Origin: a virus
Lineage: Duplodnaviria > Caudoviricetes
DNA: 56,671 bases
IMG/VR virus record: IMGVR_UViG_3300014838_000024
Location: 1-56,671 of that record
Reading direction: 5' to 3' (one strand)
Within the stretch, counting starts at the first letter, position 1; every line of letters starts with the position of its first letter. Shown one piece after another: positions 16,863 to 28,600 of this stretch. The notes under the pieces were generated by a model that had not been told where the DNA came from, made no database searches, and was given only the letters and a program-made list of their open reading frames with translations. A program made the position numbers and the translations under genes.

Positions 16863-18096
16863 AGCTCCTGACTTTCTCGGCATGTCCGATGAGGATTTCC
16901 TGAAACAATCACCGGCTGCCGGTGAGATCGCAGCATCCAAGGATGCAGAAGTCGAAGAGGAAGCCTCTACGGGGGCCGAGGAAGACAAAACGGAGCGAAC
17001 AGAGCGAAAGTCGCCCGAAGGTACGACCGAAACAACGGCCCATACCCAAGAAGAGCCTTCGGTCGATGGGGAAGAAGTCGAACCTAAGAAGGTTGTGACC
17101 AAAGCTCCGAAGAAGGTTGTCGTTGCCGAAGTCAAGAAGGAAGAGACCGAAGCCAATAAGGATGCCACCGCTGCTCAGACCTCGGATAACACCGAGAACA
17201 CTGAAGGCGAGCAGACTGAAGGTGAGGTCACTGAGACCGAGACCCCGGACTACGAGACTTTCTACAAGCAGATCATGACCCCTTTTAAGGCCAATGGCCG
17301 TACTGTGGAACTGAAGACGCCCGAAGAGGCGATTCAGCTGATGCAGATGGGGGCGAACTATACCAAAAAGATGCAGGAGCTGGTGCCGCACCGTAAGTTG
17401 CTCACCATGCTGCAAAACAATGGGCTGACGGACGAGGGCAAGCTTTCTTATCTGATCGACTTGGATAAGAAGAACCCAGAAGCCATAAAGAAGCTCATCA
17501 AAGAATCGGGTGTCGATCCTCTGGAGATCGACACCTCTGTCGAACCGAACTACCATGAAGGCAATCACAGAGTCAGTGATGAAGAAGTAGCCTTCCACCA
17601 AACTTTGGACGACATGAAGTCGAGTCCGGAGCGGGTGGCGACACTTCAAGTCATCAATGGCGATTGGGATCAGGCCAGTAAAGAGGCTCTCTGGAAGAAT
17701 CCAGACATCATGAACGTAATTCATGGTCAGCGTGAGAACGGTATCTACGACCGGATCACCACTGAAGTGAACAGGCGCAAGGTGTTGGGACAAATTCCAT
17801 CGAATGTCCCTTTCCTACAGGCTTACAAGATCGTTGGCGATCAGATGACTGAGGCTAATGCCTTTGCAGATCTGAACATCAAAGCTCCTGTACAGCAACA
17901 GCAGTCCAAGACCACACCAGAAGTGGTGGCTACTCGAGTAGCAGCGCCTAAACCCGCTGTGAAAAATGGAGCCAGGGCAGCTGCGGCCTCAACCTCCCGC
18001 CAAACCTCCGGTAAGGTCCAGGAATCCTCGAAAAATCCGCTCTCGATGAGTGACGAGGAGTTCATGAAACTGGATCACTTCTCCGGACGGGTCTGA
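16855..18096 (+). CDS. N4 gp57-like protein (probable scaffold; often annotated tape measure)
   Basis: Acidic N-terminus, PFKANG..IQLMQMGANYTKKMQ, and MSDEDF/MSDEEF at both ends. Immediately precedes the major capsid gene. Confidence 0.8.
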   Translation: MGEAPDFLGMSDEDFLKQSPAAGEIAASKDAEVEEEASTGAEEDKTERTERKSPEGTTETTAHTQEEPSVDGEEVEPKKVVTKAPKKVVVAEVKKEETEANKDATAAQTSDNTENTEGEQTEGEVTETETPDYETFYKQIMTPFKANGRTVELKTPEEAIQLMQMGANYTKKMQELVPHRKLLTMLQNNGLTDEGKLSYLIDLDKKNPEAIKKLIKESGVDPLEIDTSVEPNYHEGNHRVSDEEVAFHQTLDDMKSSPERVATLQVINGDWDQASKEALWKNPDIMNVIHGQRENGIYDRITTEVNRRKVLGQIPSNVPFLQAYKIVGDQMTEANAFADLNIKAPVQQQQSKTTPEVVATRVAAPKPAVKNGARAAAASTSRQTSGKVQESSKNPLSMSDEEFMKLDHFSGRV

Positions 18097-18115
18097 TCTG
18101 TAAAGGATCCCTGCC

Positions 18116-19348
18116 ATGTTGAATTATGTGCCTACCACTTCCGACCAGTACGGTATTGACGGTACTGGCTCTGCTCAGCAGCATCCGCTGTTTTGGCTGA
18201 AGAAAGCCATTATAACTGCCCGCAAAGAGCAGTTCTTCATGCCTTTGGCTTCCACGATCAACATGCCGAAGCACTTCGGCAAGACGATCACCGTCTACGA
18301 ATACGTGCCTCTGCTCGACGACCGCAACGTCAACGATCAAGGTCTCGATGCTTCGGGCGCTGTGGAAACCAACGGCAATCTCTATGGTTCGAGCCGTGAC
18401 ATCGGCACGATCTCTTCGAAGCTGCCGACGCTCACCGAAAACGGCGGACGTGTGAACCGGGTTGGCTTTACCCGTCTTCTGCGCTCGGCGACCATCCACA
18501 AGTTTGGCTTCTTCACGGAATTTACCCAGGAATCCCTCGACTTCGATACCGACGAAGCTCTGATGGATCACCTTTCCCGTGAGCTGATGAACGGTGCCGT
18601 GCAGCTGACCGAAGCCGTGCTTCAGCGTGATCTGCTGAACTCTGCCGGCGTTATTCTGTTCGCTGGTGGAGCGACCTCGCAGAACGGCACCATCGGTGTC
18701 TCCGGCGAAGTTCAGACCATCGGGGGTGTCTCGATCCCGGCTGCGATCGTGAACTACAAGAACATCATGCGTCTGGACCAGATCCTGACCGACAATCGTA
18801 CGCCTCGGCAGACGACTGTTATCACTGGTTCGCGCCTGTTTGACACGAAGACCATTCCGGCTGCTCGTGTCATGTTCGTTGGTTCGGAACTGGTGCCTTT
18901 GCTCAAGGGTCTCACGGATCTCTTCGGCAATAAGGCGTTCATCCCGGTCCAGCAGTATGCTGACGCTGGCACGATCCTGAACGGCGAGATCGGCTCCATC
19001 GACAACTTCCGCATTATACAAGTGCCGGAGATGCTGCATTGGGCTGGCGGTGGAGCGGCTGTCGGCACGAACCCCGGCTATCGTTCGACCTCGATCGGTG
19101 GCGTCCAGAAATACGACATCTACCCGATGCTCGTTCTGGGCGAAGACAGCTGGACGACCGTTGGCTTCCAGACGGACGGCAAGACTGTCAAGTTTGCTGT
19201 GATGACCAAAATGCCTGGCAAGGACACTGCCACCCGTGAGCTAGATCCGTTCGGCGAAATGGGCTTCAGCTCGATCAAGTGGTACTACGGCATCCTGATC
19301 AAGCGTTCCGAGCGTATGGGCATCATCCAGACCGTCGCCCCGGTCTAA
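18116..19348 (+). CDS. Major capsid protein (N4 gp56-like)
   Basis: [56 protein letters not shown]; strongly biased codon usage. Confidence 0.96.
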   Translation: MLNYVPTTSDQYGIDGTGSAQQHPLFWLKKAIITARKEQFFMPLASTINMPKHFGKTITVYEYVPLLDDRNVNDQGLDASGAVETNGNLYGSSRDIGTISSKLPTLTENGGRVNRVGFTRLLRSATIHKFGFFTEFTQESLDFDTDEALMDHLSRELMNGAVQLTEAVLQRDLLNSAGVILFAGGATSQNGTIGVSGEVQTIGGVSIPAAIVNYKNIMRLDQILTDNRTPRQTTVITGSRLFDTKTIPAARVMFVGSELVPLLKGLTDLFGNKAFIPVQQYADAGTILNGEIGSIDNFRIIQVPEMLHWAGGGAAVGTNPGYRSTSIGGVQKYDIYPMLVLGEDSWTTVGFQTDGKTVKFAVMTKMPGKDTATRELDPFGEMGFSSIKWYYGILIKRSERMGIIQTVAPV

Positions 19349-19360
19349 GTTTGAACCAAT

Positions 19361-19391
19361 GAGGGAAGGGCTTCGGCCCTTCTCTCTCTTT
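19361..19391 (+). terminator. Intrinsic terminator after the major capsid gene
   Basis: GAGGGAAGGGC-TTCG-GCCCTTCTCTC followed by TCTTT. Confidence 0.85.
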
Positions 19392-19425
19392 AATCCCACT
19401 CTTCTTAGAACACGGGTTCGAACCA

Positions 19426-20061
19426 ATGACCGAAGTGCAGATCGCCCACTACGACTACGACAACAGTGACCAGCCCACTGAGCTTCCGGGAGCCGATGAG
19501 CTCACCGTATTGAAGGCTCGTGCGAAGCTGATGGGGATCGTCTTCTCGAACAACATCGGCCTGGCTGCTCTTCGTTCGAAGATCGAAGCCAAGCAGAACG
19601 AAGCCGAGAGTGAAGACGAGACCGAGACGGCTCAGGTCGTCAATGCGCTCACCGGGGAAAACCCCAAGGCACCGAAGCGAACCATTCGTCAGTTCATGAT
19701 CGACGAAGAGATGAAACTCGTTCGACTTCGGATCACGAACCTGGATCCCAAGAAGAAGGATCTACCCGGTGAAATCTTCACGGTCGCCAACGAATATCTC
19801 GGCACCGTCAGGAAGTATGTGCCCTTCGGCGAAGTGACCGATGGTGGCTACCATGTGCCATGGTGCATCTATCAGATGATGAAGAACCGGAAGTTCATCA
19901 ACATCCGAACCATCAAAAGCGCCAATGGCAAAACCCGTGTCGAACATAAGCCGGCCCAGGAATTCGCTCTCGAAGTGCTTCCTCCTTTGACCAAGGAAGA
20001 ACGTGAACGTCTGGCCAATGCCCAGGCTGCTGCTGGAACTTTCACGCAGCCTGACAACTGA
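19426..20061 (+). CDS. N4 gp55-like protein
   Basis: LKARAKLMGI.FSNNIG, KLVRLRITNLDPKKKDLPGEIFTVAN, FALEVLPPLT; syntenic with N4-like phages. Confidence 0.8.
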   Translation: MTEVQIAHYDYDNSDQPTELPGADELTVLKARAKLMGIVFSNNIGLAALRSKIEAKQNEAESEDETETAQVVNALTGENPKAPKRTIRQFMIDEEMKLVRLRITNLDPKKKDLPGEIFTVANEYLGTVRKYVPFGEVTDGGYHVPWCIYQMMKNRKFINIRTIKSANGKTRVEHKPAQEFALEVLPPLTKEERERLANAQAAAGTFTQPDN

Positions 20062-20101
20062 TTGGCTTCATGCAAACCCGCCGCAGGGTGAAGCCATTAT
20101 G

Positions 20102-20138
20102 GCCCACTTGGTTCCAAAAGAACCTGGTGGGCTTTTTT
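20102..20138 (+). terminator. Intrinsic terminator
   Basis: GCCCACTTGGTTC-CAAAA-GAACCTGGTGGGC followed by TTTTTT. Confidence 0.8.
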
Positions 20139-20172
20139 ATAACTGCACATAAGTTAGAGGAAGAACACTCCC

Positions 20173-20886
20173 ATGGCTGAAGTCCTTGATCCTGCGATCG
20201 ACAATCCGATTATTCCTTCTGTCGATGTGACTGGACCTTTGTTCCAGATCCCTGAGATCGCTACCGATGCCATGTATGCCAAGATCCTGCCTTTGGATAT
20301 GACGGCATTCACCACAGGCACTCCGGCAGGGACAGGCTTCTTTGATCTGCTCATGGCCTCGTTGAAAGCTCAGCTCGATGTTGAGTTCCAGAACAACCGG
20401 ATCACAGGTGCCGAGTACACCAAGGCGTACATCGAGCTCACTCAGAGCGCACTTCAGACGAGCTTGCAGTTCCTCCTGGGTAAGGGTCAAGCGTTCTGGC
20501 AGGAACAGTCTGGGCAAATTGCCGCTGTGACTGCTCGTATCGCCTTGGAGAGTGCTCGTTTCACCTACCAGAACATCCAGCCAGCCCAGCTTCAATTGCT
20601 CAATGAGCAGGGGGATCAGGCTCGTGCTCAGACGAGTGACACTCGTTTGGATGGTCTTCCGGTAGCTGGCGTCATGGGCGCACAAGAGTCGCTCTACCAG
20701 CAGCAGATCATTTCCTACAAGCGAGATGCTGAGGTGAAAGCCGCCAAGATCTTCACGGATGCCTGGATCACCCAGAAGACCATGGATATTGGCCTCCTAC
20801 CGCCTGTCGGCTTCACGAATGACAGCGTGAACGAGATCCTCACGGTCCTCATGGCGAACAATGCCTTCGGAGCTCCGACAGCGTAA
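20173..20886 (+). CDS. N4 gp54-like virion (tail) protein
   Basis: GTGFFDLLM, NRITGAEYTKAY, YKRDAEVKAAKIFTDAWITQKT. Confidence 0.8.
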   Translation: MAEVLDPAIDNPIIPSVDVTGPLFQIPEIATDAMYAKILPLDMTAFTTGTPAGTGFFDLLMASLKAQLDVEFQNNRITGAEYTKAYIELTQSALQTSLQFLLGKGQAFWQEQSGQIAAVTARIALESARFTYQNIQPAQLQLLNEQGDQARAQTSDTRLDGLPVAGVMGAQESLYQQQIISYKRDAEVKAAKIFTDAWITQKTMDIGLLPPVGFTNDSVNEILTVLMANNAFGAPTA

Positions 20887-23012
20887 TGGGCTTCTTTCAA
20901 GGCTCCAAGCAGATAGCTGTCTCGTCCTCGGTCTGGAATTTGGCCGGGGACGTGACCAAGCGTCCAAATTTTCTCGAGACAACTGTGCTGGGGGCTACAC
21001 TCTCCAGCAGTGATCTCGATATGTGTGAGCAGTTGAACAATGCTTACATCGGTGGACCTGGTATTCAGATCCGTAATTATGGGGATTGGGCTAACCAAAG
21101 TGGGTACAACACCACCATTGGCATGAATGCCTCGACTCTAAACATTGCTCCTCCAATTGATCCGACAGTCTTGGCACCTTTGTTGCCTGTGGTTACTGGA
21201 GAAACCACTCTTATTCAACAAGACGCCATTGGGTATGGGGATTATACCTATTGGGTCGATCAATATATGCTTATTCATTACCCTGCTCTGATCTCGACGG
21301 CTTACAGCTGCGATCTGGATACGACGACCAACATTGTCACGATCACTTTTGCCGACACCACGACGACAACCTTCGCTCTCTCTGGGTTCAATCCCGGTTT
21401 GAGGTATCTCTATGTCGTCTATAACTATGAAATTCCTCCGGTTTTGCCGTCCACAACGCCCACTTATTCGCCGCTGACGATGCTCATATATCAGCAGGGC
21501 TCAGGCACTCCGGCTTTGGACGCCCTCTTCTCGGCAACCTCTTCGGGGGACTATTTTCTCCCTTATATACCTTTCTTGGTGGACAAGAATATCGTTGGAC
21601 CGAGCACGTTTCCTGCGGTCTATACAGCTTCAAAAGAGGCTCTTCGTAGGTCCATTGGAGCTGACTACGACGAGCTCATAGTCAAGATCCTGGAAAACCA
21701 TTCGATCGCTGATGTGGATTACATCTATGCAGTGTTCGGGGTGGCTCTTAATGTGCTCGAAAACTCTTGCCGGATGTACATTTATCAGTTCTTCTTGGCT
21801 GCTACAGCTGGCCAAGACTTGACACTTCCGGCTGCTATGTACACTGGAGGCACAGTTGTTGTGACTTCCAATGGTGCTTGGTTCATGGACTATTGGCAGC
21901 AAGTGCTCTGGACCGGCTGCACAGAAACCAAAGGCACGGGTCTACTCACCAATGGAGACACTGGGAACCCAGCCAAGGTGAACGATTGTTGGTTCACCAT
22001 TGAGTATGACACGATAGTTTCCAACCAAGTGAAGTCTGCGGTGAGACTCACCTGGCAAGTCGATCTAAACAACTGGCGATACCTGATCATCTACGACCTT
22101 GAACACCTCAATATGATCTATGGTGGCAAGGGAGTGATCACTTACATGGGGCAAGCTCTGGCTGACTCCAATGAGAGCAGCTTTCTGATCCCCTTGAACT
22201 CAGCTGTTTATGCGGCAATGTCGCTTAAAGACAGCACTCAGATGTGTACGGCTTGCTGTTATCTCGTGTTCAACTGCTACACAGTGAAGCGAGCGCCATG
22301 GTACACAGCAGGTTTCTTTAAGGTGCTCCTGATCGTAGTGGGCATTGCCTTGTCCATTGTGCTCGGTGGAGCAGGGGGTCTTGGTCTTCTTGGTTCGAAC
22401 ATTGCCGTTGGAACCATGTTCGGCTTCACTGGAACCATGGCGGTCATCGCTGGAGCGATAGCTAATGCTCTCGCAGCTATGGTTCTCTTGCAGGTTGTGC
22501 AGTGGGGATCGACGAAACTCTTCGGTCCTCAGCTTGGAGCGATCATTGGAGCCGTGGTTGGGCTCTTCGCAATGCAGATTGGCACGGCTCTAGCCAATGG
22601 CATGAGCATGTCAGCTCTCTTCAACCTGCTTACACAGCCGGCCAACCTCATCAAACTTACGGAGGCCGCCGGTAATGTCTATGCTCAAATCATGCAGATT
22701 CAAGCTCAAGACATCAATACCTCGACACAGACGATGGAAAACAGCTATAATGTCGCAGACGCTAAGATCCAGGCCCAATGGGTGCAAGAATTTGGGACTG
22801 GTGGAGGCGCTGATCTGGCAATCAATCCGTTAGCTCTGACTGATACGGCTCTCCCCAACGTAGGACCGAACATTGTCCTGGCAGAGTCTCCTTCGAGCTT
22901 CTTTAGTCGGACATTGCTCTCAGGAAGCGACATCGCTGACCTGTCATTGAGCTATGTGAACAACTTCTGCGATGCCAACATCAGCACTACGCTGCCCACC
23001 AACCAAGCTTGA
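20886..23012 (+). CDS. N4 gp53-like virion protein
   Basis: MGFF..VSSSVWNLAGD N-terminus, C-terminal hydrophobic TM-like helices, and the ESPSSFFSRTLLSGSDI motif. Confidence 0.75.
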   Translation: MGFFQGSKQIAVSSSVWNLAGDVTKRPNFLETTVLGATLSSSDLDMCEQLNNAYIGGPGIQIRNYGDWANQSGYNTTIGMNASTLNIAPPIDPTVLAPLLPVVTGETTLIQQDAIGYGDYTYWVDQYMLIHYPALISTAYSCDLDTTTNIVTITFADTTTTTFALSGFNPGLRYLYVVYNYEIPPVLPSTTPTYSPLTMLIYQQGSGTPALDALFSATSSGDYFLPYIPFLVDKNIVGPSTFPAVYTASKEALRRSIGADYDELIVKILENHSIADVDYIYAVFGVALNVLENSCRMYIYQFFLAATAGQDLTLPAAMYTGGTVVVTSNGAWFMDYWQQVLWTGCTETKGTGLLTNGDTGNPAKVNDCWFTIEYDTIVSNQVKSAVRLTWQVDLNNWRYLIIYDLEHLNMIYGGKGVITYMGQALADSNESSFLIPLNSAVYAAMSLKDSTQMCTACCYLVFNCYTVKRAPWYTAGFFKVLLIVVGIALSIVLGGAGGLGLLGSNIAVGTMFGFTGTMAVIAGAIANALAAMVLLQVVQWGSTKLFGPQLGAIIGAVVGLFAMQIGTALANGMSMSALFNLLTQPANLIKLTEAAGNVYAQIMQIQAQDINTSTQTMENSYNVADAKIQAQWVQEFGTGGGADLAINPLALTDTALPNVGPNIVLAESPSSFFSRTLLSGSDIADLSLSYVNNFCDANISTTLPTNQA

Positions 23013-23023
23013 TCGGAGCCAAG

Positions 23024-23437
23024 ATGGCTGATCCCTTTTCTATTTCGTCTGACCAGTTGGCCAATTTTGGGTTCAATCCTCAGCAGCTTGCTTCTATGCA
23101 GGCTGGCACCTTTAATTTTGGCCAGAATAATGGAGCTGGAGGTGCAGCTGGAGGTTTGGCTGCAACTGGTCTCGGTGCGAATATAGGCACTGCTCAGCTC
23201 GCTCTAGGTGGTCTCTCGACCTTGGGCAATCTCTGGACTGCCTGGAACGCAACTGACCTGGCCAAAAAGCAGTTCAAGTTCCAGAGCCAACTCGCCTCCG
23301 ACAATTATACGAACCAGTCGCAGGCTTACAACACGAACCTCACCGATCGTGAAAGCGCCCGTGGTGCTATGGAGAACCTCTCTCCCGGCCAGGTGGCTGC
23401 CTACAACAACGCCAATAGCCTGAAGACCACGATGTAA
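23024..23437 (+). CDS. N4 gp52-like small ejection protein
   Basis: ATG 23024 after GGAG; Gly/Ala-rich hydrophobic segment, then LAKKQFKFQ..NYTNQ..YNT; no Cys. Confidence 0.7.
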   Translation: MADPFSISSDQLANFGFNPQQLASMQAGTFNFGQNNGAGGAAGGLAATGLGANIGTAQLALGGLSTLGNLWTAWNATDLAKKQFKFQSQLASDNYTNQSQAYNTNLTDRESARGAMENLSPGQVAAYNNANSLKTTM

Positions 23438-23451
23438 GGGGGGTAATTCCA

Positions 23452-25485
23452 ATGGCTGAACTCACTTGGCGTGATGTTGCCGCCCCTGATTTCTCGGGGG
23501 CTATGCGAGGGTATCAGATCGCTGGAGATCAGATCACTCAGGCCGGAAAAGGTCTAAGTGATGCTCTCGGCAACTTCGACACGACCAGAAAGAACGACGC
23601 TGCCAACGCTATTTATCAAGCGTCGATGAACTATAAAGACCCTGCTGCTTTGCACGCTGCAATGGCTGATGGATCTCTCTATGCGAAAGCTGGTGTGGAT
23701 CCTTCTCTGATCACAGCTGATGCGAACAAGGCTCTCGACAATCGTGCTGGTCAGCTTCTGAACCAATCAGTGACACAGACGGCTCTCGACCAGTCCAAGC
23801 AGATGAACCCTCTTCTGGTGGATCAAGAGAAGCTGAAGAATCAGCTTGCTCAAGGCACTCTGGCTGCGAACATTGCTCAGCCGGGGCTGGCCAATGCTTC
23901 GACTGCGGCTCAGACTGCCAGAATATTGCAGGACAACTCACAAAGTGGAACCAGGTTCCATGATGAGCAAGTTGCTCAGGCTGACGAATTGGCTGCGAAG
24001 CGCCGTGCTGCGGATATTGCTCAGAGCACAGGGTCTTATGCTGAGGGTCTGGGTAAAATTGCTGACACAGCCAATGGTGGTGAAGACGACATCGACGGTG
24101 GTACTCGCGCTAGGATGATTGCTAACTACCCTGCGCTCTATCGGCAGTTCCATCCGGATGCCACTGACATCCCTGGTTCAAATGGGGTTTCTGCAAATGG
24201 TGCTGGTGGTGGAGGCGCTCCTGGAAGTGCAGCTGCTATTGGAGCTCAACTAGCTGCTTCGGTAAATCCCAATCTTGCTGGACCTTCTGACAGCTACAAT
24301 GCCATGACCAGAAAGATGGAGAGTGGTGGCAATCCTAATGCACATGCCACGACGGGTAGTGCAGGAGGACTCTACGGCTTTACGAATGACACCTGGAAGG
24401 GTGTCATGGCGAACCATCCCGAGTTGGGTTTGACGGCTGCTGGGAAGATGGACCCTGGACAGCAAGAAAAAGCTATGCAGGCTCTCACGAGCGACAACAG
24501 TAAATCGCTCAAGGCTGGTGGCGTTGAAGCCACTCCAGCGAACCTGCGTATGGCGCATTTTCTTGGTGCTCCTCAAGCGACCAAGTTCCTCAATGCGATG
24601 GGCAATGATCCCAATGCAGATGCTTCTTCGCTGTTCCCCAAGGAAGCAAAAGCGAACCCGACAATCTTCAATGGGAAGACGCTTGGTCAGGTTTATGCTG
24701 CTCAAACCGCAGGTTTTGGTGGGGTCATTCCTCCAGATCTCGTAGCGAACAGTCAAAATCAATCTAATCGTGCCATCGAGCTGTTGAGCAACATTGACAC
24801 GAAGACCAACCAAAATAATGCGGCAGGTATTCAGGGTAACTACTCTGAGGCTATGGCTGATACTAAAATGGATATGGCTGGAGCTGTCAAAAAGCTTCAG
24901 CAAGGTAGGTTTGGTAATGCTGATCCTACTCTTCTTGCTCAAGCCGTCCGTCAAGTAATCACGCAAAGCAAAACAGAAGGCAATGTTGAAGTAAATCCTG
25001 CCACTGCTGCGGCAATTCTTGATAGATCTTCTGATGTTCACTCTGGACCATTTGGTGGACTCAATCCTTACAACTTTGGGCGTCAAAGTATTGATACTGA
25101 CGAGGATGCTCAGACAGCTGAGTTGGCAAAAATTGGTCAAGGTGAGGCTCAGAAACTTGCCCAGTCGAATGCTGGCCATGCTGCGCTTGCTGCGAAACTT
25201 CAAGCTGCCATGGCTGCAAAGAACCAGGCCCAGAACGAGCTCTTCCAGGCTCAAAAGGACTCGACGACTCGACAGATGGATCCTGCGATCCTGCAAGCGA
25301 AGCTCGACAAGTACAATCGCATGTCTCAAGCGATGGAAACGATCCTTCGGGCGAACGGTCCAAATTATAAAAAGGACGGGACTCTTGCTGAAGGTCCAAC
25401 GACACCTTCGTATGCACCAGTAAAAACAAAAACACAGAAAGCCCTCGATGAAGCAGTAAGCCCTAAGTGGCTCAAAGAAGGCTAA
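23452..25485 (+). CDS. N4 gp51-like ejection protein with a lytic-transglycosylase-like domain
   Basis: MAELTWRDVAAPDFS N-terminus; central MESGGNPNA..SAGGLYGFTNDTW..MAHFLGA; lies just before the vRNAP gene. Confidence 0.75.
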   Translation: MAELTWRDVAAPDFSGAMRGYQIAGDQITQAGKGLSDALGNFDTTRKNDAANAIYQASMNYKDPAALHAAMADGSLYAKAGVDPSLITADANKALDNRAGQLLNQSVTQTALDQSKQMNPLLVDQEKLKNQLAQGTLAANIAQPGLANASTAAQTARILQDNSQSGTRFHDEQVAQADELAAKRRAADIAQSTGSYAEGLGKIADTANGGEDDIDGGTRARMIANYPALYRQFHPDATDIPGSNGVSANGAGGGGAPGSAAAIGAQLAASVNPNLAGPSDSYNAMTRKMESGGNPNAHATTGSAGGLYGFTNDTWKGVMANHPELGLTAAGKMDPGQQEKAMQALTSDNSKSLKAGGVEATPANLRMAHFLGAPQATKFLNAMGNDPNADASSLFPKEAKANPTIFNGKTLGQVYAAQTAGFGGVIPPDLVANSQNQSNRAIELLSNIDTKTNQNNAAGIQGNYSEAMADTKMDMAGAVKKLQQGRFGNADPTLLAQAVRQVITQSKTEGNVEVNPATAAAILDRSSDVHSGPFGGLNPYNFGRQSIDTDEDAQTAELAKIGQGEAQKLAQSNAGHAALAAKLQAAMAAKNQAQNELFQAQKDSTTRQMDPAILQAKLDKYNRMSQAMETILRANGPNYKKDGTLAEGPTTPSYAPVKTKTQKALDEAVSPKWLKEG

Positions 25486-25515
25486 CCTTTCTCTAAGTTA
25501 TAGAGAAAATAGAAT

Positions 25516-25551
25516 AAGAAGGTCAGACTTAAAGTCTGGCCTTCTTTTTTT
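25516..25551 (+). terminator. Intrinsic terminator upstream of the vRNAP gene
   Basis: AAGAAGGTCAGACTT / AAGTCTGGCCTTCTT hairpin followed by a T tract. Confidence 0.8.
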
Positions 25552-25603
25552 GTAATTCACCCACTATGGTCAAAAAATACATTCCTCTTGGCCGAGGCTT
25601 TTT

Positions 25604-28600
25604 ATGACTGACGTGTCTGACCTCATCAATACTGCTGCGAATGGTCCTGCTCCGAGTGTAGACGCTCCTGCTCCTCCAACTAATCCTGGGCAAGAGAAGC
25701 TTGGAGCCCTCATGAAGGGGCTTCCTCAGCAGAAACAACAGGAAGTTGCTGCCACAGCTGACGCTAAGCGTGTCGCTCTCGGTGGTATGCCTGATGAGGA
25801 GACCTTTAAGAGCGCAGCTATTGCTCGTGTCACTGGTGCAGGTGTAGCCAGCGCCAATCCGATCGAGCATGACTTCGCTACGATGGCGTGGCCCGATGTC
25901 GAAGCCAAATATGGTCCAGAAGCTGCTTCAAATTTGCTTCATGCCACGACAAATTATCGCAATCTGTCGGTGGGAAATCGTGGAACCGATGGTCTCATTA
26001 GCGTCAGGACCAAAGACCTCTTCAAGAGTGCTGCTCTTGGTGCTGGTGAAATGGTTGGAGGCATTGGAGCTCTCGGTCTAAGTGGTCTCGATGCTATCGG
26101 TCGTCAGGTCGGTGCCGATACTCATATGGGTGTCTGGGCTTCAAAAGAGATCAAAGATGCCGCAGACCGGATTGAAGGCACAGAGAGTCCTTATCTCAGG
26201 AACCTTCGTAAAGCGAACCAAGAAAAGGGAGAACTTAATACTCGAGATAATGCTGCTCAAGCTGAAATCGACAAGGCCAATGGCGATGGAGAAATCGTCT
26301 CTGGTTTGAAGGAAATTGGTCGGAACGCTCTCGATAGTTTTGGAAATGTGATCGAAAATCCAACGCTCTTGAGCGATGCTTCTGCTGGTGCTCTTGGTTC
26401 AGTTGTAGCTGGTGGTCCCATTGCCAAAGGCGTTGGCTTGACTGGGAAAATCATTGCTCCTGCGGTTGAGAAAGCTGCGACTTTGGGTCTTGGAGGTGTC
26501 TCCAAAGGCATGGTCGCACTTAACGAAGCTGGTGCTCCGAGAGCTGCGCAACTTTTGGGTGATGCAGCCTCGGGTGTGGGTAAAGTTGGGAAGTATCTTC
26601 CTGGTGAAGAGAGCATTGGTGTCGGAGCGATGTTTGGTGGTGGATCCTACCAACAGACGGCTGCGAATATCGCTTCGATGGATCCTGAAGAACTTAAAGC
26701 GAAGTCTCCCTATTTCAGAGAGCTTCTCGCCAAGGGTATGAGCCCTGAAGACGCTCAGGCTCAAGTGGCTGACAAAGCTGGCCAAATGGCAGGTGCAATC
26801 GCTGCTCCTGCTGGCATGGTGGCCGGTGCCCTTGCCAAGAGTGTGATCAAGAGCCCCTTCACTTCGGAAAGCCTCCCGGATGCTGCCTACAATGTTGTGA
26901 AAAGCACGGGTGAGCAGGCTCTTCAAGGTGGTGCTGGTCAGGCTGCAAATAACGTAGGTGAGCAGCAATATGCTGACCCAAACAAAGATCTCACCCAAGG
27001 TGTCGGTGAGGCTATGGGTTCAAGCCTTGCGGGTGGTCTCGGTGCAGGTGTGGTAATGGCTGCTCCTGGAGCAGCTGTTCATACTGCTGGCGTGGCTAAA
27101 GACGCAGTGAAAGCGAGCTTCAATGCTCGACTTGACAAACTGGCTGCTGCCAATGAGGCGAAGAACCCTTCTTCGGATGCGAACATCTCGGCTGCCAGTG
27201 CTGCTGCCAGTGAAGCCATGCAGGACCGAACTGCTCACGAGTCTCTCGCAGATGCAGTGATCAGAGCTCACACCAATGACGACATAACGCCAGAGAACCG
27301 TGCCAAAGATGTATCTCTGGCCGACAAGATCACAAGACTGGGTGTGTTCAGTTCCAAAGAAGTATCTTCTGAAGGGCTTGACCCTGAACTGAAGACTGAT
27401 CTGGATGGCACTACCAATCGGGTGGATGCTCTTCTGCACATGGCGAACAGCGTCAACGAGCATGGTGCCGACTCAATAGAGGGGCTTTCTGCTGCTCGTG
27501 AGCTGAACAAGTTCCTTGGGCACTATGAAGACCTGATCAATAGCGATCAGAGAGCCTTCGCTGCGATCGACGACCATGAACCTGCTGGAAAGCTGAACAA
27601 CGAGTTCAATGTGCTCGCTGATCATCTCATGAGCAATCCGACGATCCAAAAAGCCATGACTAAAGTTCGTGGTCTCTCGGAAGAAGCCATTACAAAGCTG
27701 GTCAATCCGATCACTGAGGAGAGCCTCAAGTCAGGTAAAGCCCAGACAGATGCTGAGAACATCGCTGGATTGGCGGCTATCGTTCCAGAGAATAGCAATC
27801 TGGACGCCATAAACTCAGTGTTGAAGCACGCCACTGAAGGTGGTGACGGCAAACTGCATCTTTCTGCGGAACAACACCAAGCTCTCCTGGCTGCATGGTC
27901 GCTGCTCACTGCGTCCAAAGATTCGATTGATCGCCAGAAAAAGATGGGCAACAAAAACCAGTTGAATTCAGTCTCCAGCGATGTGTTGTCAGAACCAGGG
28001 AAAAAAGGTGACACAGCCCTCTCAGCATTGGCGTTTACTAAGCGCATCTTCAATAACATGCGTGCAGGTAATGTGGACGCTGCTCGTCAGGAGCTTCGTA
28101 ATTTCGGCATGTTCACTGACCATATGGCTAACAAGTCTGATGCCGTGAACACCCACTATACCAATGGTGACGGAAAGTCGGTGCCCTTCAAGGCTCGTAA
28201 TTCCGAGACGAACGAATGGTACAAGTCCTATGCGCCTATAATTCATCCGAAGAATGCTGTTTCGGTTGAGCTCGCTCAGAGGATCAACCTCGAAGCCAAG
28301 CGAACCAATGACATCTACAACAATCTGACCAAGGCTTTTCCTGAACTAAAAGGAAAAGAAAAGAGCGTCGCTGACCTTCATCCCAACTTGATTGGAGATT
28401 CCAATGCAGTGGCTAAAGCGCATTCTAAGAATGAGCGGGTTCAACCGAAAACTGACAAGTCTGTGGTCCCCGTTGAAGCAGACGCTGAAGGAGCACCTGC
28501 CTCTATTGTTCCCGTTGGTTCCAGCGAAGCCGGATCTGCTCAGAAAGATGAAGCGCCGGCCCTTCTGAAGGCTCCTACGGTCGGCAAGAACTACATCGCA

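Noticed and set aside
16909-19039. Minus-strand ORFs opposite the gp57-like and major capsid genes
   Set aside because: Antisense shadows of highly codon-biased genes.
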